Of a stretch of 64,000 bases of DNA, positions 1-9,922 are shown one piece after another (within the stretch, counting starts at the first letter, position 1; the number at the start of each line of letters is the position of its first letter). A program made the translations under genes and the position numbers. The notes beneath the pieces are model-generated. The model was not told the DNA's origin, did not search any database, and was given only the letters and a program-made list of their open reading frames with translations. Source of the stretch: Bacteroidota bacterium (GTDB taxonomy: Bacteria > Bacteroidota > Bacteroidia > Chitinophagales > BACL12); contig WGOA01000029.1 of assembly GCA_016124275.1 (NCBI GenBank), positions 58,877 to 122,876 on the forward strand. Reading direction: 5' to 3'.

Positions 1-1644
1 CTTTCCGGACAATACATAGGGCATGGCCACGCCGCTGTTGGAGCGCTGAAGCCTAGGGCTCTCCGTGCCCAGCGTTAACAGGTTCTGGGCTGTTTGGGTG
101 CCCAGTTGATAGTCGAAACCGGGCAACAGACTAAAGTCAAGGGATACCCTGCTTTCGCCTACGGGAATTTCCACCAGCTTGCTGGCCAGTACCGCACCGG
201 AAGCATCCCGCCACTCAACGACGCGGGGACCGGCCTGATCCGTATAAACTTTTACGGAGCGAAGCGTCAGCGCTTGTTGCACATCAACAATCAGTGCTCC
301 ATTAAACGTAGAGCCGCTGTACAGACTGGCCCCGATATGCGCCACCGGTCCCACTTGCCCGACCTCGCCGGGGATGAACTTCTGTTCAGCGGACCAATAC
401 GAAGTAGTGGCGGTCAACACCGGGGTGGTGAAGGCAGGACCGCTGCCCAGCAAACTTCCCCCTTCCACCGAATCATACCATTGGATGGTTCCGCCAGTGG
501 ACACCGCCGTTAAGGTCATCGAGCCACTGCTGCACACCGAATCGCCCTGCGTGACCGGGGCAACCACATCCAAACTGCTGAGCGTAATCGGAAGCGATGA
601 TACGGAACCACACGTGGCACTGGTTACTGTGACGGTATAGGTTCCGGGATCACTGACGGTGATGCTCGGGCCCGTCATGCCATTCGACCAGACATAACTC
701 TCTGCAAAAAAGGGAACCGACAAGGTAGCGCTCTGCCCAGGGCAGAGTTGCGTGACCCCTTCGTCAACCAACACTTCAAACGCGCTGAAACCGCCTTGCT
801 GCGTCAGCGTGATGGGAACAGAAACAACGTTATTGTCGTCGCTTTCTTCCAGGAAATAATTGTTGGGATCAACCTGGACCACAAGCTGGTACGTGCCGTT
901 GCACACCGAGGGAGGGATGGCTATTTGCATCCCGTCCAGGTAATAGTGGTAAATGTCCGTCCAACCCGCTGAGATGCCCTGGTTGGTCATGCCGCAGGAA
1001 TAGCCGCCGCCGCCCAGTCCGTAGTTGGGAGCGTCCGTTGTCAGGATGCCATCGGCGGCATCCCGGCAATGGCCGTAATAATACGAGCAGGAACCAAAAT
1101 CCATGAGGCAAAAACCGAGCTTGCCGCCCTCTGCTACAATGGGCCAGCTCAGCGGATCCGGGTCTGCCGTAGCCGTGCGCAAACTGTACACGCCCCAATC
1201 GTCCACGTGCATGTGCCCATGGCTAATGTGGTAGGTCATGGAACCGGCCCAGCGCTCTGTGTAAGACATCGTTCCATCCGGATGCTTGTGGTAAACGCGC
1301 TGCTTGATCAATTGCCGCGGCTCCGTGCCATCCGTGCACAAGCCGGGAAAACCACCCGGACTCAAAATGGTATCCGTTCCACAGACAAAATAATCGGTGG
1401 CCACCACGCGAAGCGGTCCGTGGCCGGTGTTGGGCGTGGACACGGAAACACCGAGCTCCCCGGCTATTTCCGGGTTCTCCGACGGGTCCAGCAGCAGGTC
1501 GCGGGACAACTGCAAATCCGGCAACAAGTCGCAGTCATTCGACCCGTCCAAACAATCGCAACCCGCTGCGTTGGTCAACGTGCAAGGCTGCGCTGTGGCC
1601 AAAAAAGGCACGAGCACCGCCAAAATGAGCAACCAAGATTTCAT
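1..1644 (-). CDS. Secreted lysyl-oxidase-like protein with Ig-like repeats (N-terminal part only; the C-terminus lies beyond the window start)
   Basis: Absent from the supplied ORF track because it has no in-window stop. There is a reverse-strand ATG at 1644-1642, and the frame stays open to base 1 in my manual translation (MKSWLLILAVLVPFLATAQPCTL...). The signal peptide has an A|Q site. YHISHGHMHVDDW (HxHxH copper site), GGKLGFCLMDFGSC and GWTDIYHYY resemble the lysyl oxidase catalytic domain. Ig-like repeats follow (SYVWSNGMTGPSITVSDPGTYTV, GGTIQWYDSVEGGSLLGSG). Confidence 0.6.
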   Translation of the reverse strand, partial: MKSWLLILAVLVPFLATAQPCTLTNAAGCDCLDGSNDCDLLPDLQLSRDLLLDPSENPEIAGELGVSVSTPNTGHGPLRVVATDYFVCGTDTILSPGGFPGLCTDGTEPRQLIKQRVYHKHPDGTMSYTERWAGSMTYHISHGHMHVDDWGVYSLRTATADPDPLSWPIVAEGGKLGFCLMDFGSCSYYYGHCRDAADGILTTDAPNYGLGGGGYSCGMTNQGISAGWTDIYHYYLDGMQIAIPPSVCNGTYQLVVQVDPNNYFLEESDDNNVVSVPITLTQQGGFSAFEVLVDEGVTQLCPGQSATLSVPFFAESYVWSNGMTGPSITVSDPGTYTVTVTSATCGSVSSLPITLSSLDVVAPVTQGDSVCSSGSMTLTAVSTGGTIQWYDSVEGGSLLGSGPAFTTPVLTATTSYWSAEQKFIPGEVGQVGPVAHIGASLYSGSTFNGALIVDVQQALTLRSVKVYTDQAGPRVVEWRDASGAVLASKLVEIPVGESRVSLDFSLLPGFDYQLGTQTAQNLLTLGTESPRLQRSNSGVAMPYVLSGK

Positions 1645-1728
1645 GAAAATGCTGTTTAGAAGAACAAAAGCAGCCTTTAAAGTACAAAAAACGTGGGAAA
1701 TGACCCGTTTCTCCGGGCAAATGCTCCG

Positions 1729-2676
1729 TTAGCTTTTGGCTGTGCCGCCTGAAAAATCCCGGGCAACAATCGCGGCAATACCCTCCTGATACGATGTTGC
1801 GCGCATGGGAAAGCGCTTTTCGAACTTGGTGGAATCAAACAAATAGGGGCGGTCATACTGGTAAATCATCTCCACCAACTCGCGCATCACCGGGTTGAAA
1901 AGCCCCAGTACACGCACCAACCAGGCCGGGGCTACCTGAACACCCGGTTTAGCCCCCAGGGCCTGGGCAATAGCGGCCACCCATTCCTGGCCGGTCATCG
2001 GGTTTGCCGCAGTGGGCAAATGCCAAGTCTGCCCATAAGCGTCTGGCGTGTTGCCGAGCAAGGCCGTTGCCTTGCCGGCATCCGGGGTATAGGTAAACGA
2101 ATGGGGAACGCGCGCCGAACCAAGCCACTGGGCTTTTTTGCCCTGAGAAAGGGGCTTGAACACCGTTTCCGTCAGCACACTGCGGTCTTTAATGCCGGGG
2201 CCGTAAAAATCTGCGGCGCGGGCGATGAGCGCCTTTACTCTTCCGGAACTCGCGGCATCCAAAACCATGCGCGCAACCTCAGCGCGGACCTGGCCCTTCT
2301 GGCTGGAAGGGTTCCAGGGCGCATCTTCGGTCATCGGTGCCAGATGGCCGGGGTCGTACATGTAGATGTTGTCGAAAAACACCAGACGCGCCCCAAACTC
2401 TTCGCAGGCAGCCAACACATGGCGCATGAGCGGCGGCCACTGCGCCTGCCAGGTTTTGCGATCATAGGGCAAGCCCACCGCAAGGTAAACGGTTTCTGAG
2501 CCCTCTACCGCGCGAAACACCTCGCGGCTTTGCAACAGGTCCGCGGGAAAAAGCTGATCCGATGCATTGACGGCTTTAGGATTCCTGTTCACCAGGCGAA
2601 TGGATTGCGTATAGGCTGGCAACGCCCGCGCTATTTCCTGACCGATTATACCGCCTGCACCAAGAATCGTTTGCAT
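1729..2676 (-). CDS. NAD(P)-dependent epimerase/dehydratase family oxidoreductase (extended SDR)
   Basis: 315-aa ORF with an ATG start. N-terminal Rossmann motif ILGAGGIIGQEIARAL and overall SDR-like length and layout. Confidence 0.65.
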   Translation of the reverse strand: MQTILGAGGIIGQEIARALPAYTQSIRLVNRNPKAVNASDQLFPADLLQSREVFRAVEGSETVYLAVGLPYDRKTWQAQWPPLMRHVLAACEEFGARLVFFDNIYMYDPGHLAPMTEDAPWNPSSQKGQVRAEVARMVLDAASSGRVKALIARAADFYGPGIKDRSVLTETVFKPLSQGKKAQWLGSARVPHSFTYTPDAGKATALLGNTPDAYGQTWHLPTAANPMTGQEWVAAIAQALGAKPGVQVAPAWLVRVLGLFNPVMRELVEMIYQYDRPYLFDSTKFEKRFPMRATSYQEGIAAIVARDFSGGTAKS

Positions 2677-2730
2677 CGCTTAAATTAAATATCTGGTATT
2701 ATTCCGAATAGGAGGTGTTTAGAAAATCTG

Positions 2731-3765
2731 CTACGCTGTGGTCCAGGTTTCACTGCCTGCAATCAAAGCGTCCAGCGCTTCCATAGAATCAGCAATGCCG
2801 CGCTTGGCTTGTGCCTGAGCCAACTGCGCTTCCATCATCACTTCATAGACCGGGCGCTCCATAGCATAAAGTACGCCAAAAGGTCTTGGCAGGGAACCTG
2901 GCACTCCCGGGTCATCAAACATTCGCGAGAGGATCATGGCCTTGACCATGTCGCGCTCGTCATGCACCCAACAGTCTTCAAGACTGCCTTCCAAATCCAG
3001 GACAAAACTTCTCGGCGTAAACCCGTCCAGCCGTATGCCCAGCTCGCTGTTCATGCCGTAAACCAACGGCTGTCCATGCTCCAGAAAGAGGGTATTGGCG
3101 CCTTTGCTGCTCTTCTCTGTCAGCGCTTCAAATGCCCCGTCATTGAAAATGTTGCAATTCTGGTAGATCTCTAAAAAACTGGTGCCCACATGCCCGGCAG
3201 CGCGGATCAGCATCTGTTGAAGATGTTTGGGATCGCGGTCCATGCTTCTGGCTACAAACGAAGCATCAGCGCCCAGGGCCAGTGCGCCGGGATTGAACGG
3301 GTGATCAATGGAACCCAAAGGGGTGGACTTTGCCACTTTGCCCAACTCAGAAGTAGGCGAATACTGACCCTTGGTTAAACCATAGATTTGGTTATTGAAG
3401 AGCAGCATGTTGCAATCCACGTTGCGCCGCAACAAGTGAATAAAGTGATTTCCGCCAATGGACAGCCCGTCGCCGTCGCCGGTTATCAACCAGATGCTCA
3501 AATCCGGACGGGTAGCTTTCAATCCGGTAACAATGGCCGGGGCCCTTCCGTGGATGGAGTGCATTCCGTAGGTATTCATATAGTACGGAAAACGGGAAGA
3601 ACAGCCTATGCCCGAGATCATGACAATCTTTTCCCGGGGTATGCCCAATCCGGGAAGCACCGTTTGCACTTGCTTGAGGATGGAATAATCGCCGCAGCCC
3701 GGACACCAGCGGATGTCCTGATCAGTAACAAGGCTCTTTGCAGTCAGCGTTTCAGAGTCAGCCAT
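2731..3765 (-). CDS. korB: 2-oxoglutarate:ferredoxin oxidoreductase, beta subunit
   Basis: 344 aa. N-terminal CPGCGDYSIL Cys motif and TPP-binding ITGDGDGLSIGGNHFIH. Lies directly downstream of the alpha subunit. Confidence 0.9.
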   Translation of the reverse strand: MADSETLTAKSLVTDQDIRWCPGCGDYSILKQVQTVLPGLGIPREKIVMISGIGCSSRFPYYMNTYGMHSIHGRAPAIVTGLKATRPDLSIWLITGDGDGLSIGGNHFIHLLRRNVDCNMLLFNNQIYGLTKGQYSPTSELGKVAKSTPLGSIDHPFNPGALALGADASFVARSMDRDPKHLQQMLIRAAGHVGTSFLEIYQNCNIFNDGAFEALTEKSSKGANTLFLEHGQPLVYGMNSELGIRLDGFTPRSFVLDLEGSLEDCWVHDERDMVKAMILSRMFDDPGVPGSLPRPFGVLYAMERPVYEVMMEAQLAQAQAKRGIADSMEALDALIAGSETWTTA

Positions 3766-3783
3766 AGCTGTTAATGGGTTAGA

Positions 3784-5733
3784 TCAGTGAGGGGTGCCAC
3801 CGGCATTGCTCGCAGACGAATGCAATCCGGTCTGCCCGGCAGCATCAACGCCGCGCAGCACGTCCACCGCGGCCTGCATCAACTCGCTCTTGCGCAAAGG
3901 AATGCCCTGGATGCGGTTGAACGGAACAAACGTGCGCGGAAAGTGATCGCGCAAAATCCGAACCAATTGTCCGTTGTTGATTTCCGGAACCAACACGTGC
4001 TTGAAGCGGCTCATCAGGCTTTCCAAATTTCGGGGGAAGGGCCGGATGTGCCGAAGGTGCGCGTGAGCGACTCCATATCCGGCGGCGTTCAGGTCCCGCA
4101 CGGCAGCGCTGCAAGTGCCAAACGTGGACCCCCAGCCGAGCAGCAGCAGATCGCCTTCTTCGGGTCCCTGGTCAATGCGCAACTCGGGAATAAAATCGGC
4201 AATCCGCTCAATCTTGGCTTCGCGCAAGTGGACCATCAGCTCGTGGTTCATCGGATCGTAGCTGATGTTGCCTGTTTCGTTTTGCTTTTCCAGTCCGCCG
4301 ATTCGATGCTCCAGCCCTGCAATGCCCGGCACAGCCCACTTTCGAACCAGGCGCTCATCGCGGCGATACGGCAGAAATCCGCGTTCCGGGTCGGCATCAG
4401 CTGCCGTGGCAAAGACCGGATGAATGGCCGGTAAATCCGCGGCCTGCGGAAACTGCCAGGGCTCCGCCCCGTTGGCGATGTAGCCGTCGGAGAGAAAAAT
4501 AACCGGCGTCATGTGCTCCACGGCAATGCGACAGGCTTCGTAAACCGTTTCAAAGGCATCAGAAGGGGAATGCGCCGCCATGACCACGAGCGGGCACTCG
4601 CCGTTGCGGCCATAAACCGCCTGCAACAGGTCGCTCTGCTCTGTTTTGGTCGGCAATCCGGTGGAAGGGCCTGCGCGCTGGATGTCGCAAATGACCAGCG
4701 GCAATTCCAACATAACAGCAAGCCCCATGGCTTCGGTCTTAAGCGCCATGCCGGGGCCGGAAGTGGTGGTGATGCCCAAACTTCCTCCAAAGGCTGCGCC
4801 AATGGCGGAGCAGATGGCGGCGATCTCGTCCTCTGCCTGAAAGGTCTTAATGCCGAACGATTTGCGTGCAGCCAGGTAATGCAAAATCTCCGAGGCCGGG
4901 GTAATGGGATAGCTGCCCAAAAACAACGGCAAGCCAGAGCGAACAGAGGCAGCGACCAGGCCCATGCCCGTAGCTTCGTTGCCCGTGATGCTGCGGTAGC
5001 GGCCGGGAGGCATTTTGGCCGGTTCAACTTTGTACCGCGTCGCAAAGGTTTCTGTGGTATCGCCGTAGTGGTAGCCGGCGCGCAGAACGGCCGCATTGGC
5101 TTCGTAAATGGCGGGGTCCTTTTTGAATTTGGCGGCTAAAAAATCCAGGCTGGACTGCATCGGGCGGTCGTACATCCAGTAGAGGAAGCCCAGCACAAAC
5201 ATGTTCTTGGACCGATCCTTTTCCTTGGTGCTCAGGGTGTAATCCTGCAGCGTTTCGCGCGTCATTTTGGTCACGTCCATGACGTGAAGCGTGAACCCTT
5301 CCAGGCTGCCGTCTTCGAGCGGGTTGCTGGCATAACCGGCAAGGCGCAGGTTTTTAGCATCAAAACCATCAGAATTCAGCACGAGCTCGCCTCCGGGTAC
5401 CAGCCCGGACAAGTTGGCCTTCAGGGCGGCGGCATTCATGGCCACCAGCACATCGCAGGAATCTCCCGGGGTAAAAACCGGACGGCTGGCGAAATTGATC
5501 TGAAAGCCGGATACCCCTGCCAGGGTGCCGACCGGGGCGCGTATTTCAGCGGGAAAGTCGGGAAAGGTAGCCAGATCATTTCCCACAAGAGCGGCTGTAT
5601 TGGTGAATTGGCCGCCTGTAAGTTGCATGCCATCCCCGGAGTCGCCCGCAAATTTGATGACGACTTCTTCGCGCACCACAAAGTCCCCGGCTGGTGACGT
5701 TGACGCGCGGTTTGTTGTTTCTTGATCAGGCAT
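3784..5733 (-). CDS. korA: 2-oxoglutarate:ferredoxin oxidoreductase, alpha subunit
   Basis: 649 aa with an ATG start. FAGDSGDGMQLTG and SYPITPASEIL motifs typical of the OFOR alpha/gamma fusion. Overlaps the purF stop by 8 nt. Confidence 0.9.
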   Translation of the reverse strand: MPDQETTNRASTSPAGDFVVREEVVIKFAGDSGDGMQLTGGQFTNTAALVGNDLATFPDFPAEIRAPVGTLAGVSGFQINFASRPVFTPGDSCDVLVAMNAAALKANLSGLVPGGELVLNSDGFDAKNLRLAGYASNPLEDGSLEGFTLHVMDVTKMTRETLQDYTLSTKEKDRSKNMFVLGFLYWMYDRPMQSSLDFLAAKFKKDPAIYEANAAVLRAGYHYGDTTETFATRYKVEPAKMPPGRYRSITGNEATGMGLVAASVRSGLPLFLGSYPITPASEILHYLAARKSFGIKTFQAEDEIAAICSAIGAAFGGSLGITTTSGPGMALKTEAMGLAVMLELPLVICDIQRAGPSTGLPTKTEQSDLLQAVYGRNGECPLVVMAAHSPSDAFETVYEACRIAVEHMTPVIFLSDGYIANGAEPWQFPQAADLPAIHPVFATAADADPERGFLPYRRDERLVRKWAVPGIAGLEHRIGGLEKQNETGNISYDPMNHELMVHLREAKIERIADFIPELRIDQGPEEGDLLLLGWGSTFGTCSAAVRDLNAAGYGVAHAHLRHIRPFPRNLESLMSRFKHVLVPEINNGQLVRILRDHFPRTFVPFNRIQGIPLRKSELMQAAVDVLRGVDAAGQTGLHSSASNAGGTPH

Positions 5734-7627
5734 AAGCCCGGATGTTCTTGCCTTCCATGAAGTTTAAAAAAGCCCGGTTGGCTACACGAACACCGCCTGG
5801 TGTGGGATAGTCGCCGGTAAAATACCAATCGCCTTTGTGATTGGGAATGGCTCGGTGCAAATCAGCAACGCTCTGGTAAACAACCTGCACTTCGGCGCGC
5901 AAGTCATCAGGCGTAACGATGCGGGCTATTTGCGCGGAAAGATCCAGATCGCTGAATGGCTCGTACATCCGTTTGACCAGGTTCTTTTGCTCGCGAAGGG
6001 GTTTGACCACTTCCAGCTTGACCTCCTCAAACAAACTTTGGAGTTCTTCCTCCATGTTGCGCTCCCGGTAAAGTTGAATGGCGGCCTGGAAAGCTACAAA
6101 ATCCCCCATTTTGGACATATCAATGCCATAGCAATCCGGGTAGCGAATTTGTGGAGCCGAGCTGGCAATAACGATTTTCCGGGGACCGAGTCGATCCAGG
6201 ATGCGCAGAATGCTTTCGCGAAGCGTCGTGCCGCGCACGATGCTGTCGTCGATGAGCACCAACGTGTCCTGACCGGGCCTGACCTGACCATAAGTGGTGT
6301 CGTACACATGGCTGACCAGATCGTTTCGGCTGTTGTCCTGGGTGATGAACGTGCGCAGCTTAGCGTCCTTAATGGCGAGTTTTTCCACGCGAGCCCTTCG
6401 CCCTAAAATCCGGTCAAGCGCTGCCGGATCCGGGTTTGCTCCGAGCGCCAGAATGGCCGATTTTTTCTCGGTATCCAGGTGATCTTCCAACCCTTTGATC
6501 ATGCCCAAAAACGCAACTTCTGCTGTGTTAGGGATGTAACTGAATATGGTATTGTCTAAATCGTTGTCAATCGCTTTGAGGATATGCGGCGTTATGTATT
6601 GCCCCAGCCGAATGCGCTCGCGGTAAATGTCTGCATCGCTACCTCGCGAAAAATAAATGCGTTCAAAACTGCAGGAACGGCGAGGCTCCGGTGTGCGGAT
6701 AAAAGCCTCTTCAAATTGGCCATTGGCCTTAATGATCAGCGCGTGCCCGGGCTGCAATTCCCGCACCTGGTCAACGTCCAGATTAAACGCATTTTGAAGC
6801 GCGGGTCGCTCCGATGCGGCAACAATCACTTCTTCATCCGCATACCAGAAGGCGGGGCGAATCCCTACCGGATCGCGAAGCACAAAAGCATCGCCGTGCC
6901 CGATCAATCCGGCCATGACATAACCGCCATCAAAATCCTTTGCCGAACGCACCAGAACCCGTTTCAAATCGAGCTCGCGCTCAATGAGGTTGGAGATTTC
7001 GCGGTTGTCGTGGTAGGCTTTGTACTGTTCAAAAAGCCGCTGGTTTTCCTGGTCCAGAAAATGCCCGATTTTCTCCAGCACGGTCACCGTATCCGCGTTT
7101 CGAATGGGGTGCTGGCCAATGGCCACCAATTGCCGGAAAAGCTCGTCGTTGTTGGTCAGGTTAAAGTTCCCGGCCAACACCAGATTTCTTGACTTCCAAT
7201 TGTTGGATCGAATAAACGGGTGGCAGGAGTTAATGGAATTCTGGCCGTGGGTACCGTAGCGCAAATGGCCGAGCAGCAGCTCGCCTGCATACTTGACGTT
7301 CTTTTTGATCCACTGGGAATCTTCGCGCTTTTTGGGCTTTTGCTGAAGCTCTTCTTCAATGCGCCCAAAAACCCGGTCAAAAATGTCCTTGATCGGCTGC
7401 TGGTCAATGCTCCGCATCCGGTCAATATATTTGGTGCCTGGCTCCGCATCTAATTTGATGGTGGTTATGCCCGCACCATCCTGGCCCCTGTTGTGCTGCT
7501 TGTGCATCAGCAGGTAGAGCTTGTTCAGGCCGTAAAAAGAGGTTCCGTAACGCTCGCGGTAATGCGAAAGGGGCTTCAAGAGCCTAACCATCGCTATACC
7601 GCATTCGTGCTTTATAGGATCAGACAC
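5726..7627 (-). CDS. purF: Amidophosphoribosyltransferase (long Bacteroidota form)
   Basis: The track ORF is 5726..7681 (TTG start). Ntn nucleophile motif HECGIAMV and PRTase loop LVLIDDSIVRGTT. I prefer the GTG at 7627, which gives MSDPIKHECGIAMVRLLKP, as recalled for Bacteroidota PurF. The start is uncertain. Confidence 0.88.
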   Translation of the reverse strand: MSDPIKHECGIAMVRLLKPLSHYRERYGTSFYGLNKLYLLMHKQHNRGQDGAGITTIKLDAEPGTKYIDRMRSIDQQPIKDIFDRVFGRIEEELQQKPKKREDSQWIKKNVKYAGELLLGHLRYGTHGQNSINSCHPFIRSNNWKSRNLVLAGNFNLTNNDELFRQLVAIGQHPIRNADTVTVLEKIGHFLDQENQRLFEQYKAYHDNREISNLIERELDLKRVLVRSAKDFDGGYVMAGLIGHGDAFVLRDPVGIRPAFWYADEEVIVAASERPALQNAFNLDVDQVRELQPGHALIIKANGQFEEAFIRTPEPRRSCSFERIYFSRGSDADIYRERIRLGQYITPHILKAIDNDLDNTIFSYIPNTAEVAFLGMIKGLEDHLDTEKKSAILALGANPDPAALDRILGRRARVEKLAIKDAKLRTFITQDNSRNDLVSHVYDTTYGQVRPGQDTLVLIDDSIVRGTTLRESILRILDRLGPRKIVIASSAPQIRYPDCYGIDMSKMGDFVAFQAAIQLYRERNMEEELQSLFEEVKLEVVKPLREQKNLVKRMYEPFSDLDLSAQIARIVTPDDLRAEVQVVYQSVADLHRAIPNHKGDWYFTGDYPTPGGVRVANRAFLNFMEGKNIRAYA

Positions 7628-7828
7628 ATCGGGGGAATTGTGATAGAAGCAAGGGCAACATGCGTGCAAAAACACCACCAAAGCGAACAGGCCAAGCCGT
7701 CAAGGCAGGCTAACAGCACACCAAACCGACTTGACGCATGCCGCAGTTCATACAAAGATAACCGATCCACGGCTGCAAAGGTTTCCGGGAAGGCTCCGGA
7801 AAAGCACCTCCGCCGGCCAGGCACCGGA

Positions 7829-8344
7829 TTAGATGGGTATCTGCGTGTTGTGCTTGATCTCATCCATGACAAAAGAACTCTGCACCCTGCCAATGTTCTC
7901 CAGGGCCGCGAGTTTCTGGACCAAAAACTGCTGGTAAGCGTTCATGTCCGGAACCACAATTTTCAGCAAATAGTCAAAGCCACCAGCCGTGTGAAAACAC
8001 TCCAATACCTCTGGCAAGGTCTGGATTTCGCGTTCAAACTGCAGAATATAGGGGCGGGCGTGTTCCTTGATGCTGACGTTGCAAAACACCAACAACCGCA
8101 AACCCAGCTGCTCTCGGTCTATCAAGGCTACGTAACGGCGGATCACTCCGGTTCGCTCCAACCTGCGGATGCGTTCGTAAACAGGACTGGCTGTCAACCC
8201 GAGTTCAGCGGCAATTTCCTTGTTCGTGACTTTGGCCTGATGCTGCAAAAGCCTCAGAATTCGCAAATCGGTGGCATCCAGGTTGTGGAGCGGTGCCTGG
8301 TGCATGCCTTCGGGAGCAGGATAGGGCAAAGAATCTTCTGACAT
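7829..8344 (-). CDS. Lrp/AsnC family transcriptional regulator
   Basis: The track ORF extends to 8446. The ATG at 8344 gives MSEDSL... HTH region LDATDLRILRLLQHQAKVTNKEIAAELGLTASPVYERIRRLERTGVI plus a C-terminal AsnC-type ligand domain. Divergent from the PLP enzyme gene. Confidence 0.85.
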   Translation of the reverse strand: MSEDSLPYPAPEGMHQAPLHNLDATDLRILRLLQHQAKVTNKEIAAELGLTASPVYERIRRLERTGVIRRYVALIDREQLGLRLLVFCNVSIKEHARPYILQFEREIQTLPEVLECFHTAGGFDYLLKIVVPDMNAYQQFLVQKLAALENIGRVQSSFVMDEIKHNTQIPI

Positions 8345-8477
8345 GGGGCGCTGGTTGGTGATCTGAACCAAAAAATATCTGCAAAAGCCGCTAAAAATAG
8401 AAAAATCATTGGCATAATGGGAAATTATTGAAACTAAACACGCCAAATGCGAACTTTAGTAGACAAAATACTGCATC

Positions 8478-9782
8478 ATGGCACGCGCTTCTTCTTCCCC
8501 CCTCCCCCCTGACCGCAAAGGCTCCCCAAAAAGGCACCTGGAGAGCCGGATGATGTCCCATGGCTATGATCCGGAAACAGCATCTGGCGCCATTAAAGCC
8601 CCGCTTTACGCCACCTCAACGTTTGCCTTTCCCAATGCAGAAACCGGCAAAATGCGGTTTGCCGCTGCCCATGGGGTAGCAGGTGCCGAACCGGGAGCCG
8701 TGTACAGCCGCCTGGGCCATCCGGGGCTGGAGTTGGCCGAAGAGCGCCTGCGCCTGTGGGACGATGCCGAAGCCTGCGCCATTTTCCACAGCGGCATGAG
8801 CGCCATCAGCACATCGCTGTTAGCCTACCTGAAACCTGGTGATGTTCTGCTCTTCAACGGGCCTTTGTACGGAGGAACCGACCATTTTATCCGGCATTAC
8901 CTGCCCGAATTGGGCATCCATGCCCTGGAGTTTGCATCCGACGAACCAGAATCAGCCATCCGACTCCGGTTGCGCAGAACCGGCTTGCAAAATCGGGTTA
9001 AGATGATTTTTGTCGAAACCCCGGCCAACCCCACCAACGAACTTACTGACCTGGCCGCTTGTCGCGCCCTGGCCGACAAGCTCTCCCGGCCTGACCAACG
9101 GGTTCTTTTGGCCGTTGACAACACATTTTTGGGTCCGTTGTGGCAACACCCGCTTCAGCACGGCGCAGATTTGGTCCTGTACTCGGCCACTAAGTACATT
9201 GGCGGCCACAGCGACTTGATCGCCGGTGCTGCCAGCGGAAGTGCCGCCGTGCTTCAGCCGATCAAAACACTTCGCGTTTACCTGGGCACTGCGGCTGATG
9301 CATGGGTCAGCTGGCTCCTGTTGCGCAGTATGGAGACGCTATCTGTGCGCATGACACGCCAGGCCGAAAGTGCTGCTGTCGTCGCGGAATACCTGCGCCA
9401 ACACGAGGATGTTGTGCAAGTGCGCTACCTCGGCTTTCTGGAACCGGCCGATGGCCCTGCCTATACCACCTACAGCAACCAGTGCGAAGGTCCTGGCGCC
9501 ATGATCTCGTTTTACCTTCAGGGCGCTGAAGAAGATGCCTTTCGTTTTCTGAATGCTCTGGACCTGATCCGACTGGCGGTGAGCCTCGGAGGAACAGAAT
9601 CGCTTGCAGAGCACCCAGCAACCATGACGCATTCCGGCGTATCTCCGGAAGACCGGGAGCGCTTGGGCATCCATTCCAACCTGATCCGCTTATCCATTGG
9701 CCTGGAACACCCGCAGGACTTAATCGCGGATCTTGAACTGGGTTTTGCGGCCGTAAGGCAGCAACTGGTAACTGCCCGCTAA
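8478..9782 (+). CDS. Cys/Met-metabolism PLP-dependent enzyme, most likely methionine gamma-lyase
   Basis: 434 aa. PLP-lysine motif YSATKYIGGHSD, ETPANPTNELTD and PLYATSTFAF. An alternative start at 8550 (MMSHGYDP) is possible. Confidence 0.8.
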   Translation: MARASSSPLPPDRKGSPKRHLESRMMSHGYDPETASGAIKAPLYATSTFAFPNAETGKMRFAAAHGVAGAEPGAVYSRLGHPGLELAEERLRLWDDAEACAIFHSGMSAISTSLLAYLKPGDVLLFNGPLYGGTDHFIRHYLPELGIHALEFASDEPESAIRLRLRRTGLQNRVKMIFVETPANPTNELTDLAACRALADKLSRPDQRVLLAVDNTFLGPLWQHPLQHGADLVLYSATKYIGGHSDLIAGAASGSAAVLQPIKTLRVYLGTAADAWVSWLLLRSMETLSVRMTRQAESAAVVAEYLRQHEDVVQVRYLGFLEPADGPAYTTYSNQCEGPGAMISFYLQGAEEDAFRFLNALDLIRLAVSLGGTESLAEHPATMTHSGVSPEDRERLGIHSNLIRLSIGLEHPQDLIADLELGFAAVRQQLVTAR

Positions 9783-9922
9783 GCCCAACCAACCTATACG
9801 GCTATTCGCAGTCGGCATCCGCATCTATACGGTTGCCCGCTGTATTTCAGCACTTGCTAAAACGTAATTTTTTTGGTTAAACATACGTTTAAACGTGGTC
9901 TATTCTTGCTGCAAAACATACC

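Noticed and set aside
94-1732. Several 60-200-aa plus-strand ORFs at the window start
   Set aside because: They overlap the continuous minus-strand lysyl-oxidase-like reading frame (1..1644) and show no protein-like features.
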